The translations under genes were made by a program, and so were the position numbers. From a virus (Duplodnaviria; Caudoviricetes): 64,000 nt of DNA. Positions 18,690 through 28,582 of the stretch are shown here, in pieces. The DNA is taken from the IMG/VR virus record IMGVR_UViG_3300050491_000011. One strand, given 5' to 3'. The notes under the pieces are model-generated. The model did not search any database, was not told where the DNA came from, and saw nothing but the letters and a program-made list of their open reading frames with translations. Each line of letters opens with the position of its first letter. Position 1 is the first letter of the stretch.

Positions 18690-21311
18690 ATGGTTAGTTC
18701 AACCGACTTTCTGGTTGATCACGCCTACCGGAATGCTTGGTGCAGTCCACGGCAAGATCGCCAGCACATCGTAGCACCGACGCGGATCACTAAACGCCAA
18801 GGTGCTATCGGTAACGTCAAGCTCGGGATGAAGACTTACAACCTTCCGTCGCTCGGCAAGTGGTATCACGTTTTCAACATCGGCGACCTCCCACCTATCT
18901 TGGTGGGAATGACTACAATCGTCGATAAGTGGGTATCGGTAATGGGGCAGTGTAATGCTACTTCATTGCTGGTAGATCTGTACACCGAACTCGGTTTACA
19001 CATCCCGGCCCACAGAGCATATTGGCTGTACACTCATACCGGGCAGTTGGTGCTCGCTATTTTGGACACCAAGAAGATCGCAAACCTCGGTATTGAGCAG
19101 CCGTATATCCGTTGGAGAAGCAACGCTTACTTCGATGGTAACGACGGCATGTTCCTCAATGACGGGATCGAGATCGCAGGTCTCACGCCGACTACTCAGG
19201 CTCAGTATTCGCTGTTTCAAGCGAAGTGGCGCGCTGCCAAACTGCTGCCGGGTTACGCTTGGGCCTTCGTCAACGGTAAGCGTGTCAAGGACATCAACCT
19301 GACCACTGCGGTGGTTGGGGACATCCTTGAATACACCTACGACGCTTCGGTGAAAGTTGTTACTGAACTGAAGATCAAAGATCTCAAGTCGTTCCTGAGT
19401 ACCCTCGATACCAAGGGCAAGTATCTGGTGCCGCGTGCTGGCGTGTCTGACATCATCGACTACTGCGATGACATCGATATCTACATGTTGCGCTACCACT
19501 TGACCGCCGCTTACACCGGACACTATTACCACCAGAACCAGCCGGACTCTGTTCGGATGGTAACGCATCGGGACTACTCGATTCCGCAGACTTATCTCCA
19601 GCACTTCATCGATAACATCGAAGGGTGGATCTGGAACGATGACCTGCGTCTGGAAGTGATCGTTCGTAACAGCGGCTGGACGAATCGCCCTCTGGTTAAC
19701 GAGGCGCATCGGATCAAGGAACTGTTCAAGCTTTCTGAGACTAATCGTCTTAAAGCAATGATCGGTGAGCAGTCTCTCGATATCTGGCATGCTGCGGAAC
19801 TTGAGAACAGCTTCTATCCGAAGATCATGCGTGCTGAGTTCGGTGGCATTGATCGTCCGATGGTTGAGAAAGCTTACGGGTACAATGCGATCGCTAAACT
19901 GATCTGCGACGTGCCTTACAAGGTTGCTGTGAATTCGCCGTGGGTGGATCTTCCATTCGCAGTGACGCAGTTCTCGACTGTGTTCGAATACGACAGCTCC
20001 GGCTTGCTGCTAGGTTGGTACGTTCACGATAACTCGATTCAGTATCCGGTTCACAATCCGGAAACGATGTACATCGAGAGCTATGTCGGCCGGGGCGGCA
20101 CTAAGCTGTCGACGATTTACGATACCGATCTGGTTAAGTTGGAATACGGCGTTGACTACCGGTTCTACGTTTGTGACATCTGGAACGGTGTTTCCAAGAA
20201 CAACTGGAAAGACGTAACAGGTGACGATGAGTACTACACCATCTCTAATCGGGTGGTTAGCTGGCACATCGATCAAACGAAATTCCACACGGCAATCCGT
20301 GACAGCAAAGACTTCCTGTGCCATACGCTTCAGTTGAACTATCGTGATGACCTGCTGACTCTCACCGTGAATATCGATGAGGTGTTGAGCGGGCGTGTTC
20401 CGGTTACCGACGTGATGCGTGTTCCGCCTGGTCAGTTCGATGTGATCCTTAACAAGTTCACGTTGGTTCCTGATATCGACTATTACGTCGAGTGGCCTGA
20501 AGTCTGCATCGTCAACAAGATGTATCTGAAACCGGGTGCAATGCAGGACGTGACCATTCGTGGTCGTGGCTTCTGTAACCCTGACATGACTTTGGAACCG
20601 GTCGGTGATTCTGGCTTTGTTGCTTACGAGCAGCTCAGTCATAACGCTCGGTTTAACGTGCGGGACGATAAGGTCTGCCGCATCTCCATTGCAGGTCAGT
20701 TGTACACCCGTGAAGAAGTTGCATTCAGTGAAGACGGGGCAGTGCTTGCCACTGGTGTGAAGAACGGCACGCCGTACCTGATCACTCACCCAGTGATTCC
20801 GATGATGGGCGTTACAGATACCGACACCTACACGTTGAAGGCAGTTTCTGATGCCATCGATGAGAAAGTGGAAGGGTATCTCACTCAGTACCGTCCTGAG
20901 CCGGTGCAACCGTTGCCGTCTGGGATGCCTGCGTGGTACTCGGTATTCAGTCCTTTCTGCGCGAAGCTTATCTACGACATGCTTAACGGCATTCTGTTGA
21001 TGGATGAGTTCATGGGTACTTATACCTTGCAGCAGGTCAAGGAGAAGTTGGTTGGTTACGAATGGATTCTCAAGTACGACCCTGCTATTCGGGGCGTGAA
21101 TGATGAATACGTCAAGATCGATCCGCACCCTGAAGCCGAAGTCATCGAGCTCAACATCTACCAGTATCGGTTCTTGGATCGGGCGGTCGAAGCTTTCCTC
21201 GACGGTAAGGTTCCTCTCAACCACCACTTGGTGATTGTAGAGCCTGGCTACGAGCATGAGCAGGACGATCACCCTCACCCGCATCGTTCTTGGGACGAAG
21301 TGTCGGCATAA
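18690..21311 (+). CDS. Large virion structural protein (phiKZ gp27-like)
   Basis: 873 aa starting with FLVDHAYRNAWCSPRQDRQ; synteny between the gp28-like and gp26-like genes. Confidence 0.7.
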   Translation: MVSSTDFLVDHAYRNAWCSPRQDRQHIVAPTRITKRQGAIGNVKLGMKTYNLPSLGKWYHVFNIGDLPPILVGMTTIVDKWVSVMGQCNATSLLVDLYTELGLHIPAHRAYWLYTHTGQLVLAILDTKKIANLGIEQPYIRWRSNAYFDGNDGMFLNDGIEIAGLTPTTQAQYSLFQAKWRAAKLLPGYAWAFVNGKRVKDINLTTAVVGDILEYTYDASVKVVTELKIKDLKSFLSTLDTKGKYLVPRAGVSDIIDYCDDIDIYMLRYHLTAAYTGHYYHQNQPDSVRMVTHRDYSIPQTYLQHFIDNIEGWIWNDDLRLEVIVRNSGWTNRPLVNEAHRIKELFKLSETNRLKAMIGEQSLDIWHAAELENSFYPKIMRAEFGGIDRPMVEKAYGYNAIAKLICDVPYKVAVNSPWVDLPFAVTQFSTVFEYDSSGLLLGWYVHDNSIQYPVHNPETMYIESYVGRGGTKLSTIYDTDLVKLEYGVDYRFYVCDIWNGVSKNNWKDVTGDDEYYTISNRVVSWHIDQTKFHTAIRDSKDFLCHTLQLNYRDDLLTLTVNIDEVLSGRVPVTDVMRVPPGQFDVILNKFTLVPDIDYYVEWPEVCIVNKMYLKPGAMQDVTIRGRGFCNPDMTLEPVGDSGFVAYEQLSHNARFNVRDDKVCRISIAGQLYTREEVAFSEDGAVLATGVKNGTPYLITHPVIPMMGVTDTDTYTLKAVSDAIDEKVEGYLTQYRPEPVQPLPSGMPAWYSVFSPFCAKLIYDMLNGILLMDEFMGTYTLQQVKEKLVGYEWILKYDPAIRGVNDEYVKIDPHPEAEVIELNIYQYRFLDRAVEAFLDGKVPLNHHLVIVEPGYEHEQDDHPHPHRSWDEVSA

Positions 21312-21356
21312 ACCCAATAGGGGGCGGGCAACCGCTCCCTCTACTGAGTCGAAATT

Positions 21357-23075
21357 ATGGCTGAGAATATCATCCCGTTACCGAACGGTTATACGGTGAT
21401 CACTGACGAGGATCGTGAAAAGGCGTCGGTCTTTAAGATCGCTGACCTCTACTCTTACAGACTCGTGGACGATGGCAGTGATGTTATCAAAGGTGAAGGC
21501 AAATACGTACCGAACGTCGATGACCTGGTCATCATTTATGAACTCGGCATGTTTCGTGTTAGTCGGGTGGATTACACCAGTTACGTCGCTGACCTAGAAC
21601 TCTGGGAACTTCCCAAGTCTGGTGGTGATGTTGGTGTGGTCGACGTTCTGCTCGGTGTTGGCACTGGCTACACCAGCGAAACTTGGCGGGCAATGCTGGA
21701 CACCCGCAAGCTGCCGTACACTCTGGACGTTGATGGTCGACTCCACATGTACAGCGATCTGGCGAAAGAGTTCCGTGTCTTCAAAGGCATTGACATTACC
21801 CAGACTGGCGAAGTCATCAGTGCGTATTACAACGCATCGAACGAATACGTCAATGATGCTATCCCTCTGAAGACCGTTGGTACTGACGTTGTCACTAACC
21901 TCAATATCAAAGCTCCTACAGCGGGCTACAGCACCATTGCGCTTGAAGATGGTGCATTGGTGACGGCTGTGTTCTACAGCTTCACTGGCGCGATCCTGAG
22001 CATCGCTAAGCTGCTGATCCACAACACGAACGTGATCCGCCATCCTGATGATTCGGTTAAACGGATCAAATCGATTGAGCTGATCAGTCCGTACCTGTCG
22101 ACGACTGAGCCGAACGTCCTGAACATCTCCATCTCTGCAACTGTGGCCACTCTGGCACTGCGCGGTAAGGTGACGTACATCGACGGTACGACTTCTATCC
22201 AAGACGTTGTGGATGAAGACTCGAACGGCAAGATGAAGTTGCTGGGCCTGAAGTACTGGTCTCCAACCATCACCGGTCGTTACGCCGACGTTACTCTGAG
22301 CTATGCTCCGAGTGAAGGTGAGGAATTCTCTTACAGTCAAGGCACCACTTACGCCGGCACTGTAACTGTTCCTTATCAGATCCGTGGCCTGCCAGTCGAT
22401 CCTTCGTACAGCCTCAAGCTGTTCGTGTTCCCATCGTGGATCTCGAACCTGCAAGGCTACGCGCTGGAATACTGGCTCTACGACCTGAACCGTCAGGTGG
22501 CTCGTCGTGTACCGAAAGCTGCTGTGGAATTGCACGAAGACTCCATGCCGTTCGACGGCCTGGAATACATCACAGTGCAGACCCTGAAGTTCGGTGTGAA
22601 CCTCGGCGTGGTCGATACCAGTTACGGCAGCAACCGCCATGTGCAAACAGTGCAGGTTGCGTTGCAGCGTGATGGTGGTCTGCGTGCTACCAACTGGAAA
22701 GTCAAGTTTGCGAGCAACCAGCCGGGTTACTACGGTACTGGTATCGAAGCGATCATCCGGGCTGGCAGCAGCGGCCTGAGTACCGTGAATCTGAAATGCG
22801 GTGCTGTTGATAAAGCTGCGTGGCTCAAGCTGGTCTTCGAACCACTGCAAGCACTGTACGATCCGCAAACTGAAGTGTCGGCTCCAGCACCTACTCACTT
22901 TGTCGTGACTACGAAGACTCGCGTCTACGAATTCCCGATCGGTCAGTGGGCTAACGACCTCACATTCATCAACGATCTCCAGGAAGGCGAGACTCTCTAC
23001 GTTAAGTTCCTCAAACGTAACGTCTCTGGCGATCTGCAACTGGCTGTGGCTGGTTTCCCTACGCACTCGGTCTAA
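21357..23075 (+). CDS. Virion structural protein (phiKZ gp26-like)
   Basis: 572 aa, beta-rich, directly upstream of the terminase. Confidence 0.7.
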   Translation: MAENIIPLPNGYTVITDEDREKASVFKIADLYSYRLVDDGSDVIKGEGKYVPNVDDLVIIYELGMFRVSRVDYTSYVADLELWELPKSGGDVGVVDVLLGVGTGYTSETWRAMLDTRKLPYTLDVDGRLHMYSDLAKEFRVFKGIDITQTGEVISAYYNASNEYVNDAIPLKTVGTDVVTNLNIKAPTAGYSTIALEDGALVTAVFYSFTGAILSIAKLLIHNTNVIRHPDDSVKRIKSIELISPYLSTTEPNVLNISISATVATLALRGKVTYIDGTTSIQDVVDEDSNGKMKLLGLKYWSPTITGRYADVTLSYAPSEGEEFSYSQGTTYAGTVTVPYQIRGLPVDPSYSLKLFVFPSWISNLQGYALEYWLYDLNRQVARRVPKAAVELHEDSMPFDGLEYITVQTLKFGVNLGVVDTSYGSNRHVQTVQVALQRDGGLRATNWKVKFASNQPGYYGTGIEAIIRAGSSGLSTVNLKCGAVDKAAWLKLVFEPLQALYDPQTEVSAPAPTHFVVTTKTRVYEFPIGQWANDLTFINDLQEGETLYVKFLKRNVSGDLQLAVAGFPTHSV

Positions 23076-23085
23076 GGGATACGAT

Positions 23086-23117
23086 CTAGGGAGGGCGACC
23101 TCCCTAGGTCACTATGC
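23086..23117 (+). terminator. Hairpin + TATGC upstream of the terminase
   Basis: CTAGGGAGG-GCGA-CCTCCCTAG at 23086-23107; TATGC at 23113-23117. Confidence 0.6.
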
Positions 23118-23134
23118 CGCATTGAGGACCAATC

Positions 23135-25321
23135 ATGACACTTTTGTATTTGGAACAATGGGATACGAAATATCCCAACGCGATTGCCGATACCCAGACA
23201 CGCCGCCAGACGTGGGTTAAGTTGGCAGCAAAGTACCAGAAGATGGGAGTGAAGAACTATTACTTCCACTTGGCTTTGCATAACCCTCTCTTGCAGGGGG
23301 TCGATCCATATTCGGATGACTTGACTCCTGCGCAACAGCAGATGATCTTGCTCGAGTGTTCCGAGAACTTCTGGTACGCTCTACGTGAGGTGATTCGTTT
23401 CCCGGATGCTGGTGGTGATCAGTATTTCCACTTGGATGCGAACCGTGGCAACATCGCCATGTTCTGGTGTATCTTCAACGCCTTTGTTACTTACGTACAG
23501 CAGATCCGTCAGACAGGTAAATCCCTGAACAGTCGGGCAATCATCATCCTGCTGCACATGTTCGCAGCTCAAGGTTCTGACTCCATCCTCTTCACCAAGG
23601 GTGACTTGCGTAAAGGCGAGATCAAGAACTACAAGGCTTATCGGGACGCACTGCCGAAGTGGATGTGGTACAAGGCGGACAAGGACACGGATAACCAGTA
23701 CGAATTCACTACGATGATGAATAAGAACATCACGTACTCGTACGTTCCACAAGGTTCTCCAGAAGAGGCGAACAACGTGGGTCGCGGTAAGACCCCTCGC
23801 TTCATCTACGGGGACGAAATCCCGTTCCTGCCGTACGCTGCCATTTCTCTTCCTGCATTGATCGCATCCACCACGGACTCCTTCGACAAGGCAAGGTCGC
23901 AAGGCCTGTTCCACGGTGTTCTCTACACGACTACGGCCGGTGACTTGTCAACGGATTCGGGTAAGTACGTTTACGAGAAGATCAAGAAGAAGGCGATGTT
24001 CTTCAGTGAGTCTCTGTTCGATGCTCGTAATCGTTCAGAAGCCATTGACATGATCATGGCAAACAGTAAATGCGAATCCCGCGATGCTCCGTTTGTGGAC
24101 ATCTCGTTTAACCACCTGCAACTCGGTAAGACGAACGAATGGCTGCGCGGTAAGATCGCGATGGTTTCAGCATCTCGTGACCAGATCGAACGAGACTTCC
24201 TTGGACGTTGGACTTTCGGTTCCGAGAGTAACCCTATCCCTGAGAAGATCCTCAACAAGATCCGTGACAATGCGCAACAGGCTCCGTATGTTCAGGTCGA
24301 AGAGAAGTACAAGTACCACATCAAGTTCCAGCTCCCTCCTGAGGAAGTAAGGGCTCGTAAAGCTGTAATGGGTCTCGATACATCCAACGCGGTTAACCGA
24401 GATGCCATTACTGGCGTGATGATCGATGTGGAAACCGGTGAGACGTTGATGACGTTCATGGTGAGTGAGATCAGTCTTTCTTACTTTGCCTATTGGTTGG
24501 CTCAGTTCATGGCTGACTTCCCGAACTTCACCCTGATCCCTGAGAACAAGTCCTCGTGGCTTGGTATGTTCGACATCCTTAACAGCCGTCTCCCGATGCT
24601 GGGTGTGGATGTGGGTCGTCGTATCTACTCGGATATCGTAGACAATGCTTACGGTTCTGATGCTGAGAAACGTACCTACCGAGATTACACTTCGGGCGGT
24701 GGTTCTGAGCGTAAGTACTTCCCGTTCCGTAACGACTTTGGTTTCATGACCACAGCCGGTAGTCGTGGCGATCTGTACATCGACATCCTGAAGTTGGCTA
24801 CTGTTCAACAGGCTGAGCTGATTCGTGAGCCTGCACTTATCGATGAGCTATCCAGTCTGGTAGAACGTCGCGGTCGGGTTGACCACAAAGCCTCTGGACA
24901 CGATGACCACGTAATCTCGTGGTTGATGGCTAACTGGTTCCTTCGTTTCGCCCGTAACTTGGATCACTACGGAATCGATCCGCGTAAAGTCCTTTCCCGT
25001 GTACGTTCTGTTACTGCCGGTAATGATCCTAAGGTCGTTGCCAAGAACCGTAAGCGTGAGAAACATGCGGTCGATGTAGAGATCCTTGAAGCACGTATCG
25101 AAGGTGCAGCTACTCTGATCGAACGTCGTTACTTGGAAGCCAAGCTGAAGTCTCTGATGTCTGAGGCTATTGGTGAGGAAGAGTCTGACGTAGTTTCCGT
25201 TGACCGTGTGGCTGTTAGTGAGAAGAACATTCAAACAACTGCTGCTCGTGGGATGAACCGAGATGGTCTGTTCGCAGCCGCTCGCAACATGCCTTTCCGT
25301 CCAGGCTTCAATCGTCGTTAA
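23135..25321 (+). CDS. terL: Terminase large subunit (phiKZ gp25-like)
   Basis: Walker A QQIRQTGKS, Walker B FIYGDE, coupling motif YTTT, and nuclease motifs MGLDTS and HDDHVISW. Confidence 0.92.
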   Translation: MTLLYLEQWDTKYPNAIADTQTRRQTWVKLAAKYQKMGVKNYYFHLALHNPLLQGVDPYSDDLTPAQQQMILLECSENFWYALREVIRFPDAGGDQYFHLDANRGNIAMFWCIFNAFVTYVQQIRQTGKSLNSRAIIILLHMFAAQGSDSILFTKGDLRKGEIKNYKAYRDALPKWMWYKADKDTDNQYEFTTMMNKNITYSYVPQGSPEEANNVGRGKTPRFIYGDEIPFLPYAAISLPALIASTTDSFDKARSQGLFHGVLYTTTAGDLSTDSGKYVYEKIKKKAMFFSESLFDARNRSEAIDMIMANSKCESRDAPFVDISFNHLQLGKTNEWLRGKIAMVSASRDQIERDFLGRWTFGSESNPIPEKILNKIRDNAQQAPYVQVEEKYKYHIKFQLPPEEVRARKAVMGLDTSNAVNRDAITGVMIDVETGETLMTFMVSEISLSYFAYWLAQFMADFPNFTLIPENKSSWLGMFDILNSRLPMLGVDVGRRIYSDIVDNAYGSDAEKRTYRDYTSGGGSERKYFPFRNDFGFMTTAGSRGDLYIDILKLATVQQAELIREPALIDELSSLVERRGRVDHKASGHDDHVISWLMANWFLRFARNLDHYGIDPRKVLSRVRSVTAGNDPKVVAKNRKREKHAVDVEILEARIEGAATLIERRYLEAKLKSLMSEAIGEEESDVVSVDRVAVSEKNIQTTAARGMNRDGLFAAARNMPFRPGFNRR

Positions 25322-25323
25322 CA

Positions 25324-25354
25324 GCATAAAGCCCGGCTCACGCCGGGCCTTATG
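25324..25354. terminator. Bidirectional GCATAAA-hairpin-TTATG element between convergent genes
   Basis: GCATAAA-GCCCGGC-TCAC-GCCGGGC-CTTATG with no U-tract. Confidence 0.7.
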
Positions 25355-25359
25355 TTCGC

Positions 25360-26628
25360 TTACTTCTCGTTGTGGTGCTTTGTGAAGGCCCGCAGGAGAA
25401 TGTAAAGAAGTACAGCGTTACGTACTGATGAGATCAAAACCTTGTTCTTGGACTTGATCGCGATAGTCGTAATATCTTCAGTAAGCTCACGCATCTCGAG
25501 AATCATCGGGTTGTTCGTACGACTGGCTTGATACAACGAGCGCATCTTACGAAGCAGACCTGGGATGTCAGAACTTGACACCATGGTCGATGGATTCTTG
25601 TTCAGGTAATCAAACGCATGCTGCAACGTGATCTCACAGATCCGCTGTACGCGCTTGTCAGCCCGAGGAGAGGCATTGTTGGACATGTACGACAGTGTGT
25701 TCACCAACGCGCTCTTAGGCATCGTAGGGACTGTCTTAACGATAACCTCGACCAACTCCGGGATGATGAAGTTGTTCTTATCGCTAATGATCTCCAATAG
25801 GTAACGGATGTAGCTCGAATACAATCGAGTCTTGTCACGGATCTTGAGCTCACCATCGAGTTCGATCTGCGCATCCGAGTTACGGATCTGAAGCGTTGGA
25901 TCGTGAAGCACGGTTTCAAAGACGTCCCGAATGTTCTTCAGGATATCCTTGATACGACCTTGAGTATCGTTGGCGATCTTGTCGATGTCTTTATCGAACT
26001 TGATCAGGTGGTTGTACCACAGCGTACCTTTACTGACGATGTCAGCAGCACGTTGTTTAAGCAACTCACCCCAACTGCCCGCTACTTTAAGGCCAAAGCG
26101 TTTTGATAGCTGGGCGTAGGTCGCTTGGGCGACGATGGGATCGGCGTCCCAGGTAAACCAATTAGCGAGAATAGATGTGATATACTTGTACTGGAGAACG
26201 AGAGCGCAAGCCATAGCGCCGCTGTGCCGATCACCTTCATTGAGTTTGTCCGCCGTCAGAAATTTATGGATCATCCAAAGACAGGCCAAGTTCATGACGT
26301 CGCTGGATACGTGCCGGTGAGTTACCACTTCAGGAAGAGCATGTAGATCATCCTCAAGGGAATCTTCATCCACGTCCATCACTTCATCGAACCACTTGTT
26401 CCGGTCTTCATCTTTGAATCGTACCGGATCGACGCCCATCAGGTTCCCACCGAAGAATCTGATGTGTACGTCATTCTTGTTTACGAACCGCTGTTCGTAG
26501 TCCATCACCTTACGAAGAAGCTTCTGATCAAAGACAAGGTGGGAGCAGTGATGCTCAAACACTTCTTTGATGTTGCGCATCGTAGGTGTGTGACCGTTGA
26601 TTGTATCTCGAATCATCGAAGTCCCCAC
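25360..26628 (-). CDS. Conserved jumbo-phage protein, probably virion-associated (convergent with terL)
   Basis: 422 aa helical protein with FFGGNLMGV; its position next to the terminase matches recalled chimallivirus synteny. Confidence 0.65.
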   Translation of the reverse strand: MGTSMIRDTINGHTPTMRNIKEVFEHHCSHLVFDQKLLRKVMDYEQRFVNKNDVHIRFFGGNLMGVDPVRFKDEDRNKWFDEVMDVDEDSLEDDLHALPEVVTHRHVSSDVMNLACLWMIHKFLTADKLNEGDRHSGAMACALVLQYKYITSILANWFTWDADPIVAQATYAQLSKRFGLKVAGSWGELLKQRAADIVSKGTLWYNHLIKFDKDIDKIANDTQGRIKDILKNIRDVFETVLHDPTLQIRNSDAQIELDGELKIRDKTRLYSSYIRYLLEIISDKNNFIIPELVEVIVKTVPTMPKSALVNTLSYMSNNASPRADKRVQRICEITLQHAFDYLNKNPSTMVSSSDIPGLLRKMRSLYQASRTNNPMILEMRELTEDITTIAIKSKNKVLISSVRNAVLLYILLRAFTKHHNEK

Positions 26629-26670
26629 CCTGTTAGGGTTCTTTAGTCACAGGATACCTAACGCAAATTA

Positions 26671-26688
26671 TTATAGTCCTACATTGTA
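26671..26688 (+). promoter_or_regulatory. TTATAG-N4-ACATTGTA motif, copy 2
   Basis: Same motif as 12571-12588; 45 nt upstream of ATG 26733. Confidence 0.45.
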
Positions 26689-26732
26689 CTCTTAGAATAA
26701 CCAACACTAACCGACCGTAGGAGGTCAACGCA

Positions 26733-26912
26733 ATGAGCAATCAAGCAACTAATAAGCCGATCTTTCTGCGTTCCGGTGATGATCTTGACTGCGATTGCGG
26801 TCGACGGGGAAGCGTAAAGATTCCGTATAACCCAGCTCCAGGCAAAACCTCGTACCACGTTTTCTGTGATGATCATTACGATGATTGGAAGGAAGACAAC
26901 AAAGGGTCTTAA
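26733..26912 (+). CDS. 59-aa Cys/His micro-protein (absent from the ORF track)
   Basis: GGAGG ribosome-binding site at 26720-26724. Translation is MSNQATNKPIFLRSGDDLDCDCGRRGSVKIPYNPAPGKTSYHVFCDDHYDDWKEDNKGS. Confidence 0.7.
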   Translation: MSNQATNKPIFLRSGDDLDCDCGRRGSVKIPYNPAPGKTSYHVFCDDHYDDWKEDNKGS

Positions 26913-26914
26913 AG

Positions 26915-27103
26915 ATGTCTCAGCAAGAACCTTCAAAGCTCCAATCGGTTTGCTCTCAGTGTGGGCAGCAATCCGAAACGTTGTTCACCACAGCGTTAAA
27001 CATCGGCGGGATCAGCACGGTTGTACCGAATGTCTGTCCTCGTTGTATTTCTTCTAAGGGTGACGTTAGCAAGCATCTTGCCGACTACTCACCAGAAGCA
27101 TAA
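26915..27103 (+). CDS. Zinc-ribbon micro-protein (62 aa)
   Basis: CSQC...CPRC; starts 2 nt after the previous stop. Confidence 0.65.
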   Translation: MSQQEPSKLQSVCSQCGQQSETLFTTALNIGGISTVVPNVCPRCISSKGDVSKHLADYSPEA

Positions 27104-27134
27104 GGACTTGCCGGGGTTTTCCCGGCGCTTATGC
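27098..27134 (+). terminator. GCATAA-hairpin-TTATGC element
   Basis: GCATAA...GCCGGG-GTTTT-CCCGGC-GCTTATGC. Confidence 0.6.
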
Positions 27135-27171
27135 CGCTAAGCACGATTTCTAACTTCTTAAGGATTCCAAG

Positions 27172-27903
27172 ATGATCACCACTGACAACGCTCCAGTAAC
27201 CGCCCTGCAAGCTGCTTTCGCTCACGTTCAACAGGAACATCTGGTAACCGCTGCTGAGTTCCCAGTCGTTTGGTGTAATGCGCCTGAAGCCGAAGTCCTG
27301 AAAGCTTACAACGTCGACGACGGCAAGATGTTCCTCACCGAGGCTGAGTTCCAAGAGATCATGTCAAACTCCGCCAATCGCGCCAACGTTGTTCAACTCT
27401 TCGGTACTCCGAAGCGTGCAGATCTCAACGTAGACCTGTATCGCAACAAAGGTGTCGAGAACAACGTAGACCTGTCCGGCATGAAGTGGGTTATGGCTAT
27501 CCCTGACCTCGACCTGACTTTGGCTGAAGAAGTTCCAGTCGAAGTAGTTCCAGGTCCAATCGAAACCCACATGGGTCTCAGCGTACCGCGCGTCATCGCT
27601 CATGAGGTTCTGGACATCCAGGCTAAAGAAGAACCTATCGTCTGGAACAAGACCGATGGGATCATCGAATATCTCCACATCTTCAAGAACATCCCTACAA
27701 AGGACCTTGATGTGGAATGTTCGTCCAAATGCTTCCGTGAACTGATCGTCGGTCTGAAACGCATCCTCTGGTTCAATGATGATCTCAACGTCGAACTGGC
27801 GCGCCGTCTACGTAAGGAAGGCTTCCCAGTCAACTACGTTAGCTACAAACGTGAACTGACTGTTATCGTACACCCTGATGGACCTTTCGTCTGGAAGGTT
27901 TAA
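27172..27903 (+). CDS. Hypothetical protein (243 aa)
   Basis: AAGGA ribosome-binding site; typical codon usage; followed by a terminator at 27919-27958. Confidence 0.8.
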   Translation: MITTDNAPVTALQAAFAHVQQEHLVTAAEFPVVWCNAPEAEVLKAYNVDDGKMFLTEAEFQEIMSNSANRANVVQLFGTPKRADLNVDLYRNKGVENNVDLSGMKWVMAIPDLDLTLAEEVPVEVVPGPIETHMGLSVPRVIAHEVLDIQAKEEPIVWNKTDGIIEYLHIFKNIPTKDLDVECSSKCFRELIVGLKRILWFNDDLNVELARRLRKEGFPVNYVSYKRELTVIVHPDGPFVWKV

Positions 27904-27918
27904 ACTGAGTCCCCTTTA

Positions 27919-27958
27919 CCTCGCTACTTTTACTCTTTTGAGTAGCGGGGTCTTTTTT
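27919..27958 (+). terminator. Intrinsic terminator
   Basis: CCTCGCTACT / AGTAGCGGGG stem followed by a T-tract. Confidence 0.7.
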
Positions 27959-27983
27959 CTTTGTCCCAAAGTTGGAGTTTCTC

Positions 27984-28556
27984 ATGCCTCTTAGATCCGA
28001 ACGCGATAAACTGCTGTTCCTCTACATCTCTTCCGATGTGCCGATCATCACTCTCGAGAACTACGAGAAGTGGTACAACATCTACGTCGTCTTCCCAGGC
28101 GATATCGTTGAAGCTATTCCAGGTGATCTGGTCGCTGAAGCATGTGGTAATCACGGATTACATATTGACCATGATTACCACCCTCAGCTTCTGCACAACT
28201 TGGCTAAGATTTACTGTGGTCAAGTCGATCATCTGGCGCTTGAAGTTGCTGCTGGTCGCTGGGTTCTTTCTGGGCACGGTAGTATCGGTGATACCGGCTA
28301 CATCGTCGATCAGGAATTTGAAGACACGATGTTCGAAGCCGCTGACGACAACTCGTTCGAGATGGAGCGTAATGTTCGCTGCTGTTGCTGCGTCAAGGTA
28401 GCACGGGAACAGTTCAAGGTTTCTCGCCGTATCGATCCTGTCGGTGAACACAAGCTGTTCCGCTTCTGCTCGGAACATCTCAAAGAGTTCAACGAAAATC
28501 GCCACAATTGGGTCGAAGCACACTTCAGCAAACCCCATCTGTCTCTCGTAAACTAA
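27984..28556 (+). CDS. Hypothetical protein with a C-terminal Cys/His cluster
   Basis: GGAG ribosome-binding site before ATG 27984; CCCVK...FCSEH near the C-terminus. Confidence 0.75.
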   Translation: MPLRSERDKLLFLYISSDVPIITLENYEKWYNIYVVFPGDIVEAIPGDLVAEACGNHGLHIDHDYHPQLLHNLAKIYCGQVDHLALEVAAGRWVLSGHGSIGDTGYIVDQEFEDTMFEAADDNSFEMERNVRCCCCVKVAREQFKVSRRIDPVGEHKLFRFCSEHLKEFNENRHNWVEAHFSKPHLSLVN

Positions 28557-28582
28557 CTACTAATCGACTGAGGAAGTCACGG

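Noticed and set aside
23135-25321. Intein or intron in the terminase or DNA polymerase
   Set aside because: ORF lengths and motif spacing are continuous; no C/S...HN splice-junction pattern or LAGLIDADG/HNH insert was recognised.
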